Source: Peribolospora baueri
Lineage: Eukaryota
Length of the DNA stretch: 64,000 bases
Reading direction: 5' to 3'
Assembly (NCBI GenBank): GCA_029717555.1
Contig: JAMDHS010000069.1
Location: forward strand, 1 to 64,000
Of the stretch, positions 37,443-51,800 are shown one piece after another. Position 1 is the stretch's first letter. Every line of letters begins with the position of its first letter. The notes under the pieces are model-generated. The model did no database searches. It was given only the letters and a program-made list of their open reading frames with translations, and was not told where the DNA came from. The translations under genes and the position numbers were made by a program.

Positions 37443-39078
37443 TCACGTGGACGGGGAAAAGAGATCGGGGTTGGTAGCCCATATGGCGCCCAACATGCCC
37501 TTATCGACGCCCAAACCTTCGGCGTCGACGTCAGCGTCGCCGTCGGTCTTTACCGTACCCTTCCCGGCGTCGGAGGAAGTAGGCAAAGGCAAAGGCGGCA
37601 TGACGCCCTTCCTTGCGTCCCTCTCCCACGCCTTCTCTTCTGTACCGCCGTCGTGCGTCGAGTCGGTGGAGGCGCGTGCGTATGCAATCGAGGTGCGCGA
37701 TTCGTGTTCGGGCGGCGCGGCGGCGGCGCCGTCGGCAGAGGAAGAAGAAGAAGCGTTGCGGTGCACGTCGGTGCTCGTCCCCGTCCTCGTCCCTGTCGCC
37801 GTTCCCGTCGCAGAGGCAGAAGCCGGCTGGCTAACTGGCGGCGACGTCGTTGTCGGCATCGGCAGCGGCGTCAGGTTGGACGTGGGGCTGGCGTGGGGAT
37901 TCGGATAAGCGGACGGGCTGCTTGCGCCGGTATCGTAGTACTGCTGCTGCTGCTGCGGCAGCGGCGGTTGACCGTCGTAGCTGCGCGGATAGAAAGGGTC
38001 GTCATAGGGCTGACGAGAGGTGGGGTACATTTCGAACGCCTGTCCTCCCGCGGCGGCGGCGGGAGCGTGGTACGGCGCCGGCTGGGAATGAGCGTAGTAG
38101 CTGGCGTAGTACGGATCCTGGATGTTGGGGCGCGGGCCGTACATCTCGGCGCCGTAGCCGGCGGAAGGGCCGTCGTGGTATGTGGCGGCGGCGACGGGGA
38201 CGAGGTTGCCGTAGGCGTCGTACATGAGATGAGGTGCCGGTCCATCGAGCATCTCGTTGAGCGAGCCAGCGCCATGCGCCACGCTGCTGGACCTACCGGC
38301 GCCGATCCTGGTGGCGGTGGCACCGCCGATGACGCCCGCCAACTCATCATCATCCTCGCCCGGGCCGTAGTCCTTCTCTACGCCGCCGGCACCAGGGCTT
38401 CCGAGACCGTCTGGGCGATGGCCGGCGCCCCACCACATGGGCTCTTCTGCACGTCTCTTGGTCTTGCGACGGAGGAGGAAGGTGGCGAGCCAGACGAGAA
38501 AAACGACGCCGACGACGGCACCGGCGACGCCGCCGACGATGGCGCCGACATGGGAGGAGGAGCTGGACTGCTTGGTGGGGGTGCTGCTAGCGGTGCTGGA
38601 GGAAGAAGGGCCGACGACGGTGGTCACGGCGGAGCCGGTGGCGGTGACCGTCGAGGTGATGGAGGAGGAGGTAGAGGTGGAGGATGAGGAGGTGGAAGAG
38701 GTGGAGGAGGTGGAGGAGGTGCAGGAGGCGAAGACGGTCTGGGTGGGGATGAGTGTTGTGGAGGTCTGGTCAGCGCCGATGGTGGTGATGAAGGTGGTGG
38801 TGTGGGTGGCGCCGGGGATGACGGAGGTGATGGTTTCGGTGCTGGGAGGGGCGGAGGGGAATTGGGAAGGAGGGGAAGGAGGAGGTTGGGGTCTACGATG
38901 GGATCTAGGACGGTACGATGGCGGGGAGAGGTACTCACGCAGTGCCGAAGAGAAAGGTGGAAGTGACGGTAGTGGCAGGGTCGGTGAAGGTGGAGACGAG
39001 GGTAGAGGTGGTTGCCGTGCCGATCTGAGTTACGGAGGCGGAGAAAAGGGTGAGGATGGGCGAGCTGCTGCAGGACAT
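37443..39078 (-). CDS. Mid2-like Ser/Thr-rich single-pass membrane protein
   Basis: S/T-rich N-terminal region, TM VGAIVGGVAGAVVGVVFLVWLATFLL followed by RRKTKRR, Tyr/Pro-rich cytoplasmic tail. One intron near 38857-38937. Confidence 0.7.
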
Positions 39079-39251
39079 GTTGAGGGGGAGAGGTTGGAGT
39101 CGAAGAAAGGGAAGCTGGAGGGGACGAGTGGGAAGAGGATAAAAGGGGCGGGGTGGAGACGGGGGAGGGCGGGACTGGGTGGACGAAGCGGGGAGGCGAG
39201 GGGCGGGATGGGAGGAGGCGGAGGAGGGGGAGGAGTAGGAGGAGGAGGGTG

Positions 39252-39370
39252 GAGATGAAGGTAGAGGAGATGGAGGAGGAGATGAAGAAGATGGAGATGG
39301 AGGTGAAGATGGTGGTGAAGATGAAGATGGAGATGGAGATGAAGATGAAGATGAGATGAAGATGGAGATG
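39252..39370. repeat. Degenerate (GATG[A/G]A)n purine-rich simple repeat
   Basis: Directly visible run upstream of the Mid2-like gene. Confidence 0.75.
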
Positions 39371-40287
39371 GCGGCCGACTGGCCGATGACAGCCCTCAAG
39401 CCATCACCGACCGCCCTCCGCCCAATTTTCGCACTGACCAGCTCAGCTCGCCATTCCTCGCCTCGCCCGACCGGAAGCCAGCCAGCCTGGCCTGGCCTGC
39501 GCCGCACAACTCGGCCACACAGCTTCCGCGTCGATCCACGAGCGGGCCCAAGTGTGTGGTGGTGCCGGGCTAGCGGTGGGGCTTCGTTCTATTAGTCCAG
39601 CACTCGACAATGTATGTAATGCACCACCGGCGGCCGTATTATATTGTATTATATTGGTCCAGCGCCCCTCCGGCGCAATAACAACGGACGACGAGTCCCG
39701 TGAGCGATCGTCGCTCGCAGCGGCACGCGGATCGACCGTGCCTAACCCTAGCCTGCCCTCGGCCGGGGCGGGCACGAGGACATGTGGTGAGAAAGAAAAG
39801 AAGGGAAAGAAAAGCTCGCCCACTGCCGCAGCCGCCTCTCCGTCTATCACCTCACCCCATACACCCACATTCTCCTCCACTTTTTTTTTGCCCACTTGTC
39901 CCTCCTTTCGTCGTCCATTTCACACGACCGACCGACCGGCTGGGACGGATGGCGACGGCGTGGCGACGACGCGATCGAACATGGTCCATTTTCAGCGCCT
40001 GATGCGAGAAGACGCTAAGATCCATGGATGGAGATGGGTGGACGGATAGATGGGATACGCTTGGAATGGATTGGAATGGGGATCATTCGAATCATTCGAG
40101 GTCGTCGAGCGGGAGCAGGAGCGGGAGCGGGGATAAGTTAAAATGAAGCCAAATCTATGCATATCGCGAAGGAAGGGAATCAAATGATGATGGCCGGGGG
40201 AGCATCGCGACCGAAACCGGCATGAAAACGGGAAAGAAAGCACCTTGCTCCCATCGACCCGCCCGGCTGATGATGGCAAGTCCTTCT

Positions 40288-42545
40288 TCAGACGATCCCC
40301 CACATCTTCCTCCCAAGGCAAAGATACCTGCTGACAAAAATACAAATCGAGCCGGCGACGACGACGGCGGCGGAGAAGCAAGCTATCGCCCACCAGTCGC
40401 CGTGTAGTCCCCCGTTGGCTGGGTCGCCGAGGATGGCGCCGGAGATGGGCGTGCCTGTTAGTCCTGCGATGCCGACTAGCGCGAACATCATGCCCTGCGA
40501 AGGAGAGGCGAGCAAGCGAGCGAGCGACGGGGTGCGGTTAGTTTCATCGGTCTGCCACCGAGCCTCGCCTCGCCAGTCCTTCTTCTTCCGACCGACATGA
40601 CCCACCAGTCTCGCGCCCACGCTGCTCGTGTCGCCCAGCTGCCCCACACAAGCCGGGATCAGGCTAACGTACGCTCCAGAAGTAAATCCAAAGACGATGG
40701 AAAAGCCAATAAGCCCGCCCAACGTCGAACACGCCGGCCAGACAAAGATCATGGCGCCCGACACAAAGATGCACGGTAGCAGAACGTTGTATCGTCCCAT
40801 CCAATCTGCACAGATGCCCGGGATCACACGCCCAAACATCGAGGCGCCGTTGATGATGGACAGAAGGTAGAACGCCGTATTCGCGTCCACCCCTTTGGCG
40901 ATGCCGAAAATGGTGATGTAGGTGAAGGGCGTGTAAAGACCTTCCATCACCTGCGTGTGCCGTGCGAAGAGGACCGTTAGTACACCAGCGAAGGGATACG
41001 ATGGCCAGACAAAGGGCGGCTGGCTCACCAAGAACGCGCCGAGGCAGAAAAAGCTGTAAGCGCCCATGCGGAAGGCGGAAAGGTCGATGAAGCCTTCCCA
41101 AAAGCCCATCTCGGTGCCGTCGGCGCGGCGGCGCGGCCGAATCGGCAAGCGTGTTCGTTGGGTCTGTGAGGGAAAGCAATGGAACGCATGAGGGCGGAGC
41201 ACGAGGGAGACGCGGGTCGTCGACACGACCACCGGGCACTCACAAACCAAGAGATGATCAAGCTGCCGAAAAGGATAAAGCCGACCACCCTCATCGTCCA
41301 CGGGAAGCCGATGCGCGGAATGAGCTTTTCCAGCAAGATAGGATACACGACGCCGCCCGTGCTGCTGCCCGAGGCGAGGATGCCCATCGCCGTCGCGCGC
41401 CGTCGCTTGAACCAGTGCGCCGTCACTGGGACGGTGAGGTTGAAGACGAGGCCGAAGCCGATGCCTTGGAGGAGGGATTGGCAGAGGAAGAACTGCCAGT
41501 AGGTCTTGCAAAGGGAGAGCAGCATTTGGGCCACGACGAGGCCTGCGAAGAAAAGGGTGGTGACCGGTGTGACGACTAAGCCGGCGTTGGAAAGCGCTCG
41601 CGGTCGATGAAGCGACTCACATAAAATGCCGATGGCGAAAAAGGGGCGGAAGTAACCCATGTCAAAGAGACGACCCGCGAAAGAGCCGACGAAGAAAATG
41701 AAGAAATCTAGAAAGCGGCAAGGAAGAGGGAGGGACACGTGAATGAACGAGACGGTCAGACGCCACATGGCCAACCTCGGTGCCTCGCCCAGGAACAAGG
41801 AACGGGCTTATGCGTACATTGCGTCGAACCGATCCATGCGATGGAGCTTTGAGAATAGTCGCGGAGCAAGGTGACGGAGTAGTACTCTTGGAAGATACCT
41901 GAGAAGAACGAGTCGAAAAAGACGCCTTGACGGGGTTAGAAGACGAAGCGACCAGCGTCGAGGACGAGTCCCTATGCTCGAGGCACTCACCGAACGCGTT
42001 CAGATAGCCGAACGTGGCGCTCATCTATGAGCGAGACGAACGCAAGAAAGCGTGAGCGAGGCGGGCGGGTGCCGCCGGCGATGGAACGCGTCCGGAGCAG
42101 GAATGCGCGTACTCACCGAGAACCAACAGCCTAGGACGACGGACCACGCTCGCAAGCCGCCTTCAGGGAACGACACCTCCGACTCATCTACCGGTGCCGC
42201 CAACTCGCTCCTGGGCACATCGCCGTCGATGCTCCCGTCTGCCTTTTCATCGCGCCCCTCATTCAGCGTCCCCTCCCGCGTCTCCTTCTCATCCCCATCT
42301 CCATCTGTCGTTCCCTTCTCTCCGCCAGCGGTCCATTTGGAGCTGTCGGGACGGGAGCGGAGGCGAGAGAGGTGGTGGTCCGGGGGCGGGGAGACTTCGT
42401 ACTCGCATGGTACGAGGTCTCTTGCGCCTGGATCGTCGTCGTTGGGATGGTGTTCGTGCGCGCGTGCCTCCGCGCGGGGCATCGCGGCCACGCACGACGG
42501 CTGGCCGGGCTGGACGGGGGCGGTCGTCGACGGGCCGGAAGACAT
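40288..42545 (-). CDS. MFS monocarboxylate-porter (MCH/SLC16-like) transporter, multi-exon
   Basis: FPEGGLRAWSVVLG, FGYLNAFG, AGRLFDMG, HWFKRRRATAMGILASGSSTGG, NGASMFGRVIPG..DWMGRYN, LTGTPISGAIL. Confidence 0.9.
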
Positions 42546-43708
42546 GGCGGACGCTCTTGGTCGGTGCGGGGGAGTGGTGTAGATCGCGGAAGACACCGGA
42601 ACGGCTTCAGCTGGCGCGCGCTCGCTGAGCAAGGACAAAGGAGATGGATGATGAGCTCAACCCGGTCCGTCCCTCGTCGAACCGGATGCAGTCTGGTCTG
42701 GTCTGCCCTGCCTGTCCTGCCTATCTCTTTCTCTCTAAGTCTGTGTCTGACCGTCGAAGCAACGACGTGCGACCAGGGCGGGGAGATAGATGAAGGTGGA
42801 GGGGAGAGGTGGTGGAGAGACAAGAAAACGGGCGCTCGCTCGCTTGCCATGGCGAGGCGACGACTTTGAAGGACGTCCGAACCCTCCTCTTCCCCGCCAT
42901 GGCCATTCCCTCCCTCTCCCCCTGTCTGACTGACTACTGACTCGGCCGAAGGGGGCAAAAAAGGGAAAAAAAAAGGTTCGCTCACACGCAACAAGATGGA
43001 TCTCATCTCTTCCCGGCCAACAGCCAAGACTTTTATCGGCTCGGCCCAACGTCTTAAGCCCGACGCCACTACGCCGAGCTCCCGAGCCGGGTAAAACGCA
43101 GCGGACTCGTAAGCTCCATTACGAGCGTTATGTAAGCGCGCTTCCCCCATTGCCGGTCGTGCGAGGCCCGAGGCGTAGGAATGAGCTGCGAGCACCCAAC
43201 GGATGCCTACGAGACGTGCGACCGTCTTTGGCAACGGCGAGCGGCGATTCGGCCGTCGTGGACGGAGTGGGATGAGAAACCTGTCAAAGGAGCGGAGCGG
43301 AGATCGGCGTCTCGGTTGCCGATGGAGCCGGTCGCCGCGGGAGCTGTCGGCCGCTCGGCCGCCCATCCGCCGAGCAGCCGTGGCTGCGGCCGAGGAAGAC
43401 CGATAGAGTGGGACGGAGGGCGGTAAAGGCCACTATAAGACTTTTGAAGCAGGTCTTGATCGTGCCTAGAGGGACGTCGTTCATGCCCTTGTCCATTTAC
43501 ACGCACCGGTCACGCGTCGCGTCGACCCGTGCAAATTGGACCTTTTTTGTTCGCCACCCGCAGCGCCGTCGCCACTTTGCTTCCTTCCAGTCATATCCCC
43601 CTTTCTTCCGTACGTCCGCCCATCCCTCTGCCGGGTCCTTTCCCGCCCCCCCGGATTCCTTCCCTTTCGTCGTCGTCGTCGAGCCCTTCCATACCCGCCC
43701 GTGCCGCC

Positions 43709-46700
43709 ATGGTCGCTCTCGTTCGCTCGCGCGCCCCCGCCTCGGGTTCCACCACACCCTCCAGCTCTAGCGCCGGCGCCACGCCTGCTCGCCACTCCAC
43801 TCGCCACCTCACCCTTCGCTCTGGTCCAAAGCTCAGGAGCTATGCGGAGTGGGACGATGACGAGGACGGGGAGGAGGAGGGCAGCGAGGTGGTGACCGCC
43901 ACCACGACCCCGGACATGCCCGTCGATGGCGACAGCGACATCGAATACGCCGACTTGCCGTCCGCCGGCAAGGGCAAGGGCAAAGCTCGCGCCGTCAGCT
44001 CTCGTACCTCTTCTTCGTCCAGGCCAGCATCGGCCAAGGCCAAAGGCAAGGCTCGAGCCATCTCCCCTTCACCCAGTCTTTCCGACGAGGAGTGGCTTAC
44101 CGACGAGGACGATGCCTTTGAGCCAAGCGGTGACGACAAGGAGGAGGAAGAGAGTGATGCCGAATACAATCCTATCGCTCGGCCGACAAAGTTCAGACGT
44201 CTCCGCCGCGGTCGTATCCCCACCGCTCACCGTGACGATGATGATGGCGACGGCGGACGTGAAGAGGAAGCCGAGTTGACCGACATCGCTGGCCCCGTCG
44301 ACGATGACGATGACGACGGTAACGAGGAGGACGCCGAGTCGGTGGTCGACGAGGACGAGGAGGAGGGCCAAGCGGGTGCGCGAGTCAGCCTCTCGACGGC
44401 CCAGCCCGGTGGCGGAAGGGCAATTACCGCGGACGGGGAGGAGATCTATGAGACCGCCATTCAGAGGAGGCTTCGGCTTCGTAGGGAAGCCAGGGAGGCC
44501 AGGAGGGGCAGAGGCCGCGGGTCCTCGAGGCTGACGCCGGTAAGCGTTCGTTTATGTTATATCTCTTGTTTCGGTCTCAGCTCACAAGCTTTCGCTACCG
44601 ACCCGCCCTTCTTCCTTGACATAGTATGACAGGACACGCATCGCTATTGTCACTCACCACCCCGAGCTTGACAACGTCTGGGGCGATCTTCAGACAGCGC
44701 AAAATCCGATCAAGCCCGAGATGGCTCCCCAGCCCGATGGCCTCAAGCTCAAGCTGCTCCCCTTCCAGCGAGAGGGGCTTTTCTGGATGAGAAAGCAGGA
44801 GGAGGGCCCTTGGAAGGGCGGCGCCTTGGCCGACCAGATGGGCATGGGCAAGACGATCCAGATGATTTCCCTCTTCCTGTCCGACCGCCAAAAGCCCAAC
44901 CTCGTCATCGCCCCCACGGTGGCCATCATGCAGTGGAGGAACGAGATCGAGTCATACACCGATTGTTTCAAGGTGGAGCTCTGGCACGGTCAGAGCAGGG
45001 TGCAGGATATAAAAAAGCTCAAGCAGAACGACGTGGTGCTCACGTCGTACGCCGTGCTCGAGTCCTGCTTCCGCAAGCAACAGTCTGGCTTTCGCCGCAA
45101 GGGAGAGATCATCAAAGAGCGCTCTGCCCTCCATGCCATAGAGTGGCATCGTGTCGTGCTCGACGAGGCGCACAACATCAAGGAGCGTGCCACCAACACC
45201 GCCAAGGGCGCCTTTGCGCTCAAATCCAAGTACAAGTGGTGTCTCTCCGGCACTCCGCTTCAGAACAGGGTCGGCGAACTATATTCGCGTGAGTGACGGC
45301 GTCAGGATGGACTTCTGGTCGCCGCTGGAGGTTGTTGGTTGGCAATGCTGACACCTTTCGTTCCACTCTCTCGGTCGGCCAAAAGTCATTCGCTTCATGG
45401 GTGGCGATCCGTTTTCACACTATTTTTGCAAGAAATGCGACTGCAAATCGCTCCGTGAGTGCTCTTTTTTTTGCCATCTTTATATACGATACGGTCCGTG
45501 CGCATATACTCACCCGTCGGCCTTTGACGGAACAGACTGGTCCTTTTCGGACAAGAGGCACTGCGATGGTTGTGGACATGTAAGTCTTTTCTTTCTCGTC
45601 GGTCTTTGTGAGCATCGCCGGATCGTTTGTGCTCATGGCATCGTTTGTTCTTTTGCTTATAGACGCCTATGCACCACGTCTGCTGGTGGAACCATGAAAT
45701 TCTCAAGCCTATACAGGTGAGCCACGTTTGTTTTACTGGTGCAACCATCTTTCGAATTCTGACTCAACCGCCCGTTCCCTTGCCTCTGCCGCAGAACTAC
45801 GGTCTCTCCGGCCAAGGCGCCACTGCCATGAAGAAGCTCAAGGTTTTGCTCGACCGTATGATGCTCCGTCGGACCAAGATCGAACGCGCCGACGACCTCG
45901 GGCTGCCGCCTCGCATTATGAAGATCAGGCGCGACGTGTTCAACGAAGAAGAGGAAGATCTGTACCAATCGTGAGTCCTGTGGAATACCCTGTCGTTATT
46001 CCTGTCCGCATGTACATCTTCGTTCTGAGCCTATGCTTGTCCTTCCTATCACCCCCACAGGCTCTACACCGATTCGCAGAGGAAGTTCTCCACCTATCTC
46101 GACCAGGGCACGCTCTTGAACAACTACAGCAACGTCTTCACGCTCCTCACCCGCATGCGTCAGATGGCCAACCATCCCGATCTGGTTCTTAAGAGCAAGA
46201 CAGGTATCGCTGCCAAGCTGGAGGGTGACCACAGCATTCAGCATAACGTCTGTCGCATCTGCACAGATGTTGCAGAGGACGCTATCCAGTCCAGGTGCAG
46301 ACACCTCTTTTGCCGCGAGTGCATCAAGCAGTATCTCAACACGGCCGTGGACCAGCATGTGGGTGGCCTTTCGTCCCGTCAGAAGTGATTTGCTCGTGCT
46401 CACATTCAACTCCCCTCCTCTTTTTTTTCAGCCGGAGTGCCCAGTTTGTCACGTCATCATCTCCATCGACGTGACGCAGCCGGCCATCGAGAATGAAGAC
46501 ACAGCGGTGGTCGAGCGGCAGGGCATCCTCGGCAGGTTGGACATGGACAAGTGGCGCAGCTCGACCAAGATTGAGGCTCTGGTCGAGGAGCTCACCAAGC
46601 TGCGTCGCGAGGACTCGACGATCAAGAGCCTCGTCTTCAGCCAGTTTGTCAACTTTCTCGATCTCATCGCTTTCCGTCTTCAACGCGCAGGTTTCCAAAT

Positions 46701-47250
46701 TGCTCGCCTAGAGGGGACCATGACTCCCCAGGCTCGCAACGCGACCATTGAGCACTTTATGAAGAATCCCCAGATCACCGTCTTCCTCGTCTCTCTCAAA
46801 GCTGGTGGCGTGGCCCTGAACCTCACCGAAGCTTCCCGTGTTTACATCATGGATCGTGAGTTCCAGTCGGCCGTATCACCCCGCATTCGTTCGTCTCGCT
46901 CATCCACCCTCCCGACGTCTGTTCTCCAGCTTGGTGGAACCCCTCTGTGGAAGCGCAAGCCGCCGACCGCATCCACCGACTCGGGCAGCACCGTCCCATC
47001 ACCATCACTCGTCTCATCATCGCCAACTCGATCGAAGAGCGTATCGTGGAGCTGCAGAAGAAAGTGAGCTGGAAAAGCCGCTCGTTCGACCCATCTGAAC
47101 GGGCATCGCTGATGGAGACGCGCTTTTTTTTTTTTTTTCTTTTCTTCATCCTCGCAGAAAGAAGCCATGATCGAGGCGGCCATTGGCAAGGACGACAACG
47201 CTATGGGCCGTCTGAGCGTCAACGATCTTCGCTTCCTGTTTGTCATGTGA
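43709..47250 (+). CDS. RAD16: SNF2-family ATPase with RING finger, global-genome NER protein
   Basis: [48 protein letters not shown], Rad16-type [11 protein letters not shown] insert, [81 protein letters not shown]. Confidence 0.93.
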
Positions 47251-47744
47251 ACGAGCATTCGACCGACGCTCCATCCCGTCCTCGTCAAGGACGTGTCCTC
47301 CTTCCTCTTCCGATCATCTCATCCGTCCGACGTCATCGACAACACGTCCTTTTTCATTCTCCGACCGACTTAATCCGCGTTGACTGTCCATCGGACCGTA
47401 TCTCCACATTCGTATGTGGAGAACTGTTTTTTCTTCGATAGATCCTCGCACTCTGACCGTACACGAATCGCCTTCTATCTGTTTTATCTGCCAGTCCGGG
47501 CAGCCTTCGACCCGGTCATTGTGTTTTTGGTTTCATCCCGAGTTCTCGTTTCGAGTTCATGCACCGTCAGGTTGTCCACCGGATGAACGAGCTGTGCTGT
47601 GCTCGGATTCTCGACGGCATACGTGGGTTTGTAGCATTGTCTCTCACCGAAGTGTAATCATGTTCGTATAGAGCTCCAGCATCGTTAATCCGTCTCTGGG
47701 AGCCTAATTAGCGAGCGGACGCATTGTCTCCCCACCCGTCCGGC

Positions 47745-48263
47745 TCACGACGACGACAATGTGCCGGTGCCCTCGGCGCCCTTTCTGAGCTCGGTTAGCT
47801 TCTCGCTAAGCTTCTCCCTCAACTTCTTCACCACGTCCTCCTCGTCCGCCGAGGGCGGGGGCAGTTGGTCCAGGAGGTACTCCACCTCGTCGATCGTCAG
47901 GACTATGGGGCCTCTGCAGGGGTCCATCGGGGGTCGGGGGAAGCAGTAAAAAAAAAGGCGAGGGGTGGGAGGCGCGTAAAAGGCGATCGGAAGAGGAGTG
48001 AGAAGCGAGAGGGACGGAGGAAGGTTGTTGTTCAAGAGAACGAGAAAAAAAGAAAAGAAAAGAAAAGAACGGTGGACGACCAACGCCGACGATCGTCCAT
48101 CCAAACCCTATCCACTTCCCCCGCCGAGTCCGCCCACTCCGCCCGCCCTCCGTGCCCACCGCCGCCGAGGGCAGCGCAGGACAGCGTAGGTAAAAACATC
48201 ACGCAAGCGCTACCGGTCAGGATGCATGAGGAGAGGTGAAAGAGACGGTGCTCACCGGTTCAT
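47745..48263 (-). CDS. Small hypothetical protein (about 59 aa; MNR-GPIVLTIDEVEYLLDQLPPP...)
   Basis: ATGAACCG|GTGAG donor at about 48255 joins in frame to CAG|AGGCCCC at about 47914. The second exon has strong GC3 bias and a helical, charged sequence. Confidence 0.6.
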
Positions 48264-48819
48264 GTCGACCTTGTTTGTCGTGTGAGCGCCGTAGGAAGAA
48301 GCAAGGGTGGAGTGCGGAAGTGAGATGGACGTCAGCTGCGATCGAAGTTATCACGTGACTATTCGATCGATCGATCCGGTGTTGAACCCCCCCACTCTTG
48401 TGTCGTCTGGCACGCTTAGGGCATCGTCATGAACGCCAGGCTCAGTCGGGACGATCGCAAATGGACGCTACATTCAATCGACTCGGTACCGACGGCCGAG
48501 TCGGGGTATACACCGAATACATAGATAAGCGAAGAGATGTGCGCAAGAGCGATACCGATAAGGGGACGAGAAACAGGGAAAAGCAAAGCCGGCACGACGG
48601 ACGGACGTTGCCGAAGCGATCTGGTCGTCGTGAGATCGTACAAAGCACAGAAGGGGAAAAAGGGCTGAGAAAACGATAAAGATGATAAAAATACCCTGGA
48701 CACCAAATGCCGATCACAAATGAATACTAAATACTAGGAAGGTAACAAAGGCTGCGTGTCGCCAATGCGAGGAACATGCTGGCGCCGTCTGAGGTGAGTC
48801 GGTGGGGTGCCTCGAGAGA

Positions 48820-51800
48820 TCATGGTTCCTCCTGAGGACGGATGTCAGTCGTTGGCCTCGGCTTTTCGCCGACGCTAGACGTGCCCATCAGCACTTGTTC
48901 TATCGACTTGCTGCTCAACGAGCGACCCGGTCCGCCGATTATGAGGCCTGGCCTCCTGGGCGGCAAAGGCTCGGTCGTCGTTGGAGCTGGAGCTTCAGCT
49001 GAGGCCGCATCAGCTTCCACCGCTGCAGAAGAACCAGATCCTTCTTCTTCGTCCTCCCGCTTAGCGGCATTAGACGTACTGGGAGGTACGGTTGCCAGCG
49101 GAGACGAAGGCACCGCCGCTGACGCTGAAGGAACCGGATTAGTCGCGTTCCTGACGGCCGTCAATGTCGGGGCATCCAGCGTTCCCATTTCACCTCGAAC
49201 GGTCTCGGTAGAAACGGACTTCTCCATGGGACCGCCGTCGACATGTTCTGGAGTGGATGCTCTGACGGTCACCGATGGAGCTGTCGGGTCCGACAGCGGC
49301 AGTGAAGCCGTACGCAGGGGTGATCTTGGCCGTGAGTTGGTGGCCTCGCCCACTGCCGCCTCTTCCGAACGCTTAACCTTGTCGCCCGACCGCTGGATAT
49401 GCAGCCTGCTCGCAAGAGCTCGGGCGTTGGCGTCTGGGCCGCTACCGAACCCTCGGGCAATCTCGCCGCTCGATCTGGACGCATCATTTTTCGGGTGGAC
49501 GTTCTTCCACCGCTTCCAGCCCTCAAAATCGATGAGCGCCTGTTCAACAACAGAGGGATCAGAGATCAGTAAAAGCTGGCATGGACGATAGTTTACTCTG
49601 GCAAGCGGACTCACCTGCATGCAACCCCATTCCGTGATTTTCCGCTCTAACCAGGGTAGAGACACGGGCTTGGTTAGGAAGTCGTTGCACCCTGCGGCCA
49701 ACGCGGCCACCCTGTCACTGGCGAAGACGGAGGCGGTGAGTGCGACGATGATGACTGAACTCCTGAATGGGCTTGCCGGATTGGACCTAGGCGAACCGCC
49801 CCCCGCGCTGGAAGAAGATGTGGCGGCCGAAGTTGACGATGCCGGCGTCCCCGTGTCCCCGGCAGCCGGTGACCCAATTTCGGAAGGTGGGGTGGAGGGG
49901 AAGATGCCGATGTTGTTGGACTTCTCCAGGCGTCGGATCTCTTTGGTGGCTTCGATGCCGTCCATGACTGGCAATTGGATATCCATCAGGATCAGGTGAA
50001 AACCGCCCGTTCGCCACTTTTCCACCGCTTCTACACCGTTGCTTGCCACGCTAAACCGGATGCCCTTCTTTTTCATGAACATCGACAGAATGGTCTGGTT
50101 GATCTCGTTGTCTGAGCAAAAGAATAATAATAATCAACCACGTGAAATTAGCATGACTTGTAGAGTTCCCCAAAGGCCAGTACAAAGAGAGGCGCTCTAC
50201 TGACCTTCGACGATCAGCACATTGATTGACGGGATGACGCCGTCGTTCACACTCTTCTTCTTAGCGGGTGTGCCCTTCTTCGACACGGCAGTAAAGCCGG
50301 CACCGATGAGCATACCTGACTGTTTCTCAGCGCTCGGAGGCTTGCCGCGAGTTCCAGCCACGCCGAAGCGCCTGGGTGACTCGGGCGCACCCAACGAGGG
50401 ACCCGGCAGAGCACGAGACGACGTATTGACGCGAGGATTGGGACGATGCGGCGAATCTGCAGCTTCGTCCAGGCCGACATCAGGGAGAGCAGCGGCCGGC
50501 TGAGAGGAAGAAGAACCCGTGTCGGAGATGCCAGCGCCCAATGCCGACTCTGGGGAAAGTTCTTTTCCGTCACTATCGCGTCTTGACTTTGCGCCGGCGC
50601 TTATCAGGCTCGCGTTGGAAAGTGAATTTGACCAGGTGCGCTTCGTGTTCGCAGGCGGAGGCGGGAAACTGACCGACTCCTGTTGACCAGCTTCCTCGCC
50701 AGACGTCGACATGCTGGAGTGGTGCTTGCCCAATGGTATTCCCTTCGGAGAGCCTGTTCCGGCAAGAACGTTGCCCAACCCTACCTGGGGGGCGAACAGT
50801 GCCCCAGGCGGATGACTTCGACTTGCGGTGGGCGACCTGTTGACGGCAGGCTTCGTAGTTTGGTTCCTCTCCGAGCTTTCACCGCTCATCTTGCCTTCTT
50901 TGATACCTACAGTTGGCCAGCTGCCTGAAGTGTCGCGACGATGTAAGATAGGTTTTGTCTGAGGCTGGAAGAAGATGCCGGCAGGACGACCATCCGGAGA
51001 TTGAATGACCATTCCTGCCGCTGCGGAGCTGCCAATGCGCGTGGCCGTCTCGCTAAAGTATTCGAGGGCGTCAACGGGAACGGGGCTATTCGGCGTGGAA
51101 GTGCCTGAGGGAGAGAATGGTGCAGGAGCTAGAAGCGATTGCGTCGTCGCCGGCGGTTCACTGGCCGAAGCAGTGGCGCGTTCGGGCGGCGGAGAAGCCA
51201 GTTGGAGAGAAGCCGCAGAGTGAGAGGCCGATCCACGCTCAGTTAACGTGGTTGCGGACGCCTCTGCCGACGCTGAATGTCCCGCATTTGAATTCGAAAC
51301 AGTTGGGCTTGCAGTCGCATGTTTCTCCTCTTCGTGCAAGGATTCGAAGCCGACAGCCGAACCATTATGTCCTGTTCCTTCAGGATCTTCCTGCACAGGG
51401 ATCAAATGCTTTGCCGTTGCCGGAGTTTCTTCTTTTTCCGTTGACCGGGATTGCTGAGAGGGCACGGAGAAGGGATGCTCGAGATCGGCCTCAGGCGACA
51501 CCGCGCCAGCGAGCTCTGGCGCGACGCCAGCCAAGAAATAGTGGCCGGCCGGTACGACGGGACTGTTTGCGATGGGAAGGAAATAAGGGTCGACGACCGG
51601 ATTCGTGCTGGCGGTGTAGAGCGCGGTGAGACATCTCCTTGGTCCAGCCGGCTTGGGAACGACCAATACCTCTGGCATGAGCATCCCGGGAGGCGCAGAA
51701 TCAAGAATACTGTGTACGATGTCTTTGACGTGCTTATAGTTCGCGAGATTGGTAAAATGGATCACGGCGACCGCCGCTCGAGCCTCGCTTCCCCGTTGGT

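Noticed and set aside
37653..39258. Long plus-strand ORFs opposite real genes (here and throughout the window)
   Set aside because: Antisense shadows caused by high GC and codon bias; they encode low-complexity Arg/Gly/Glu-rich sequence.
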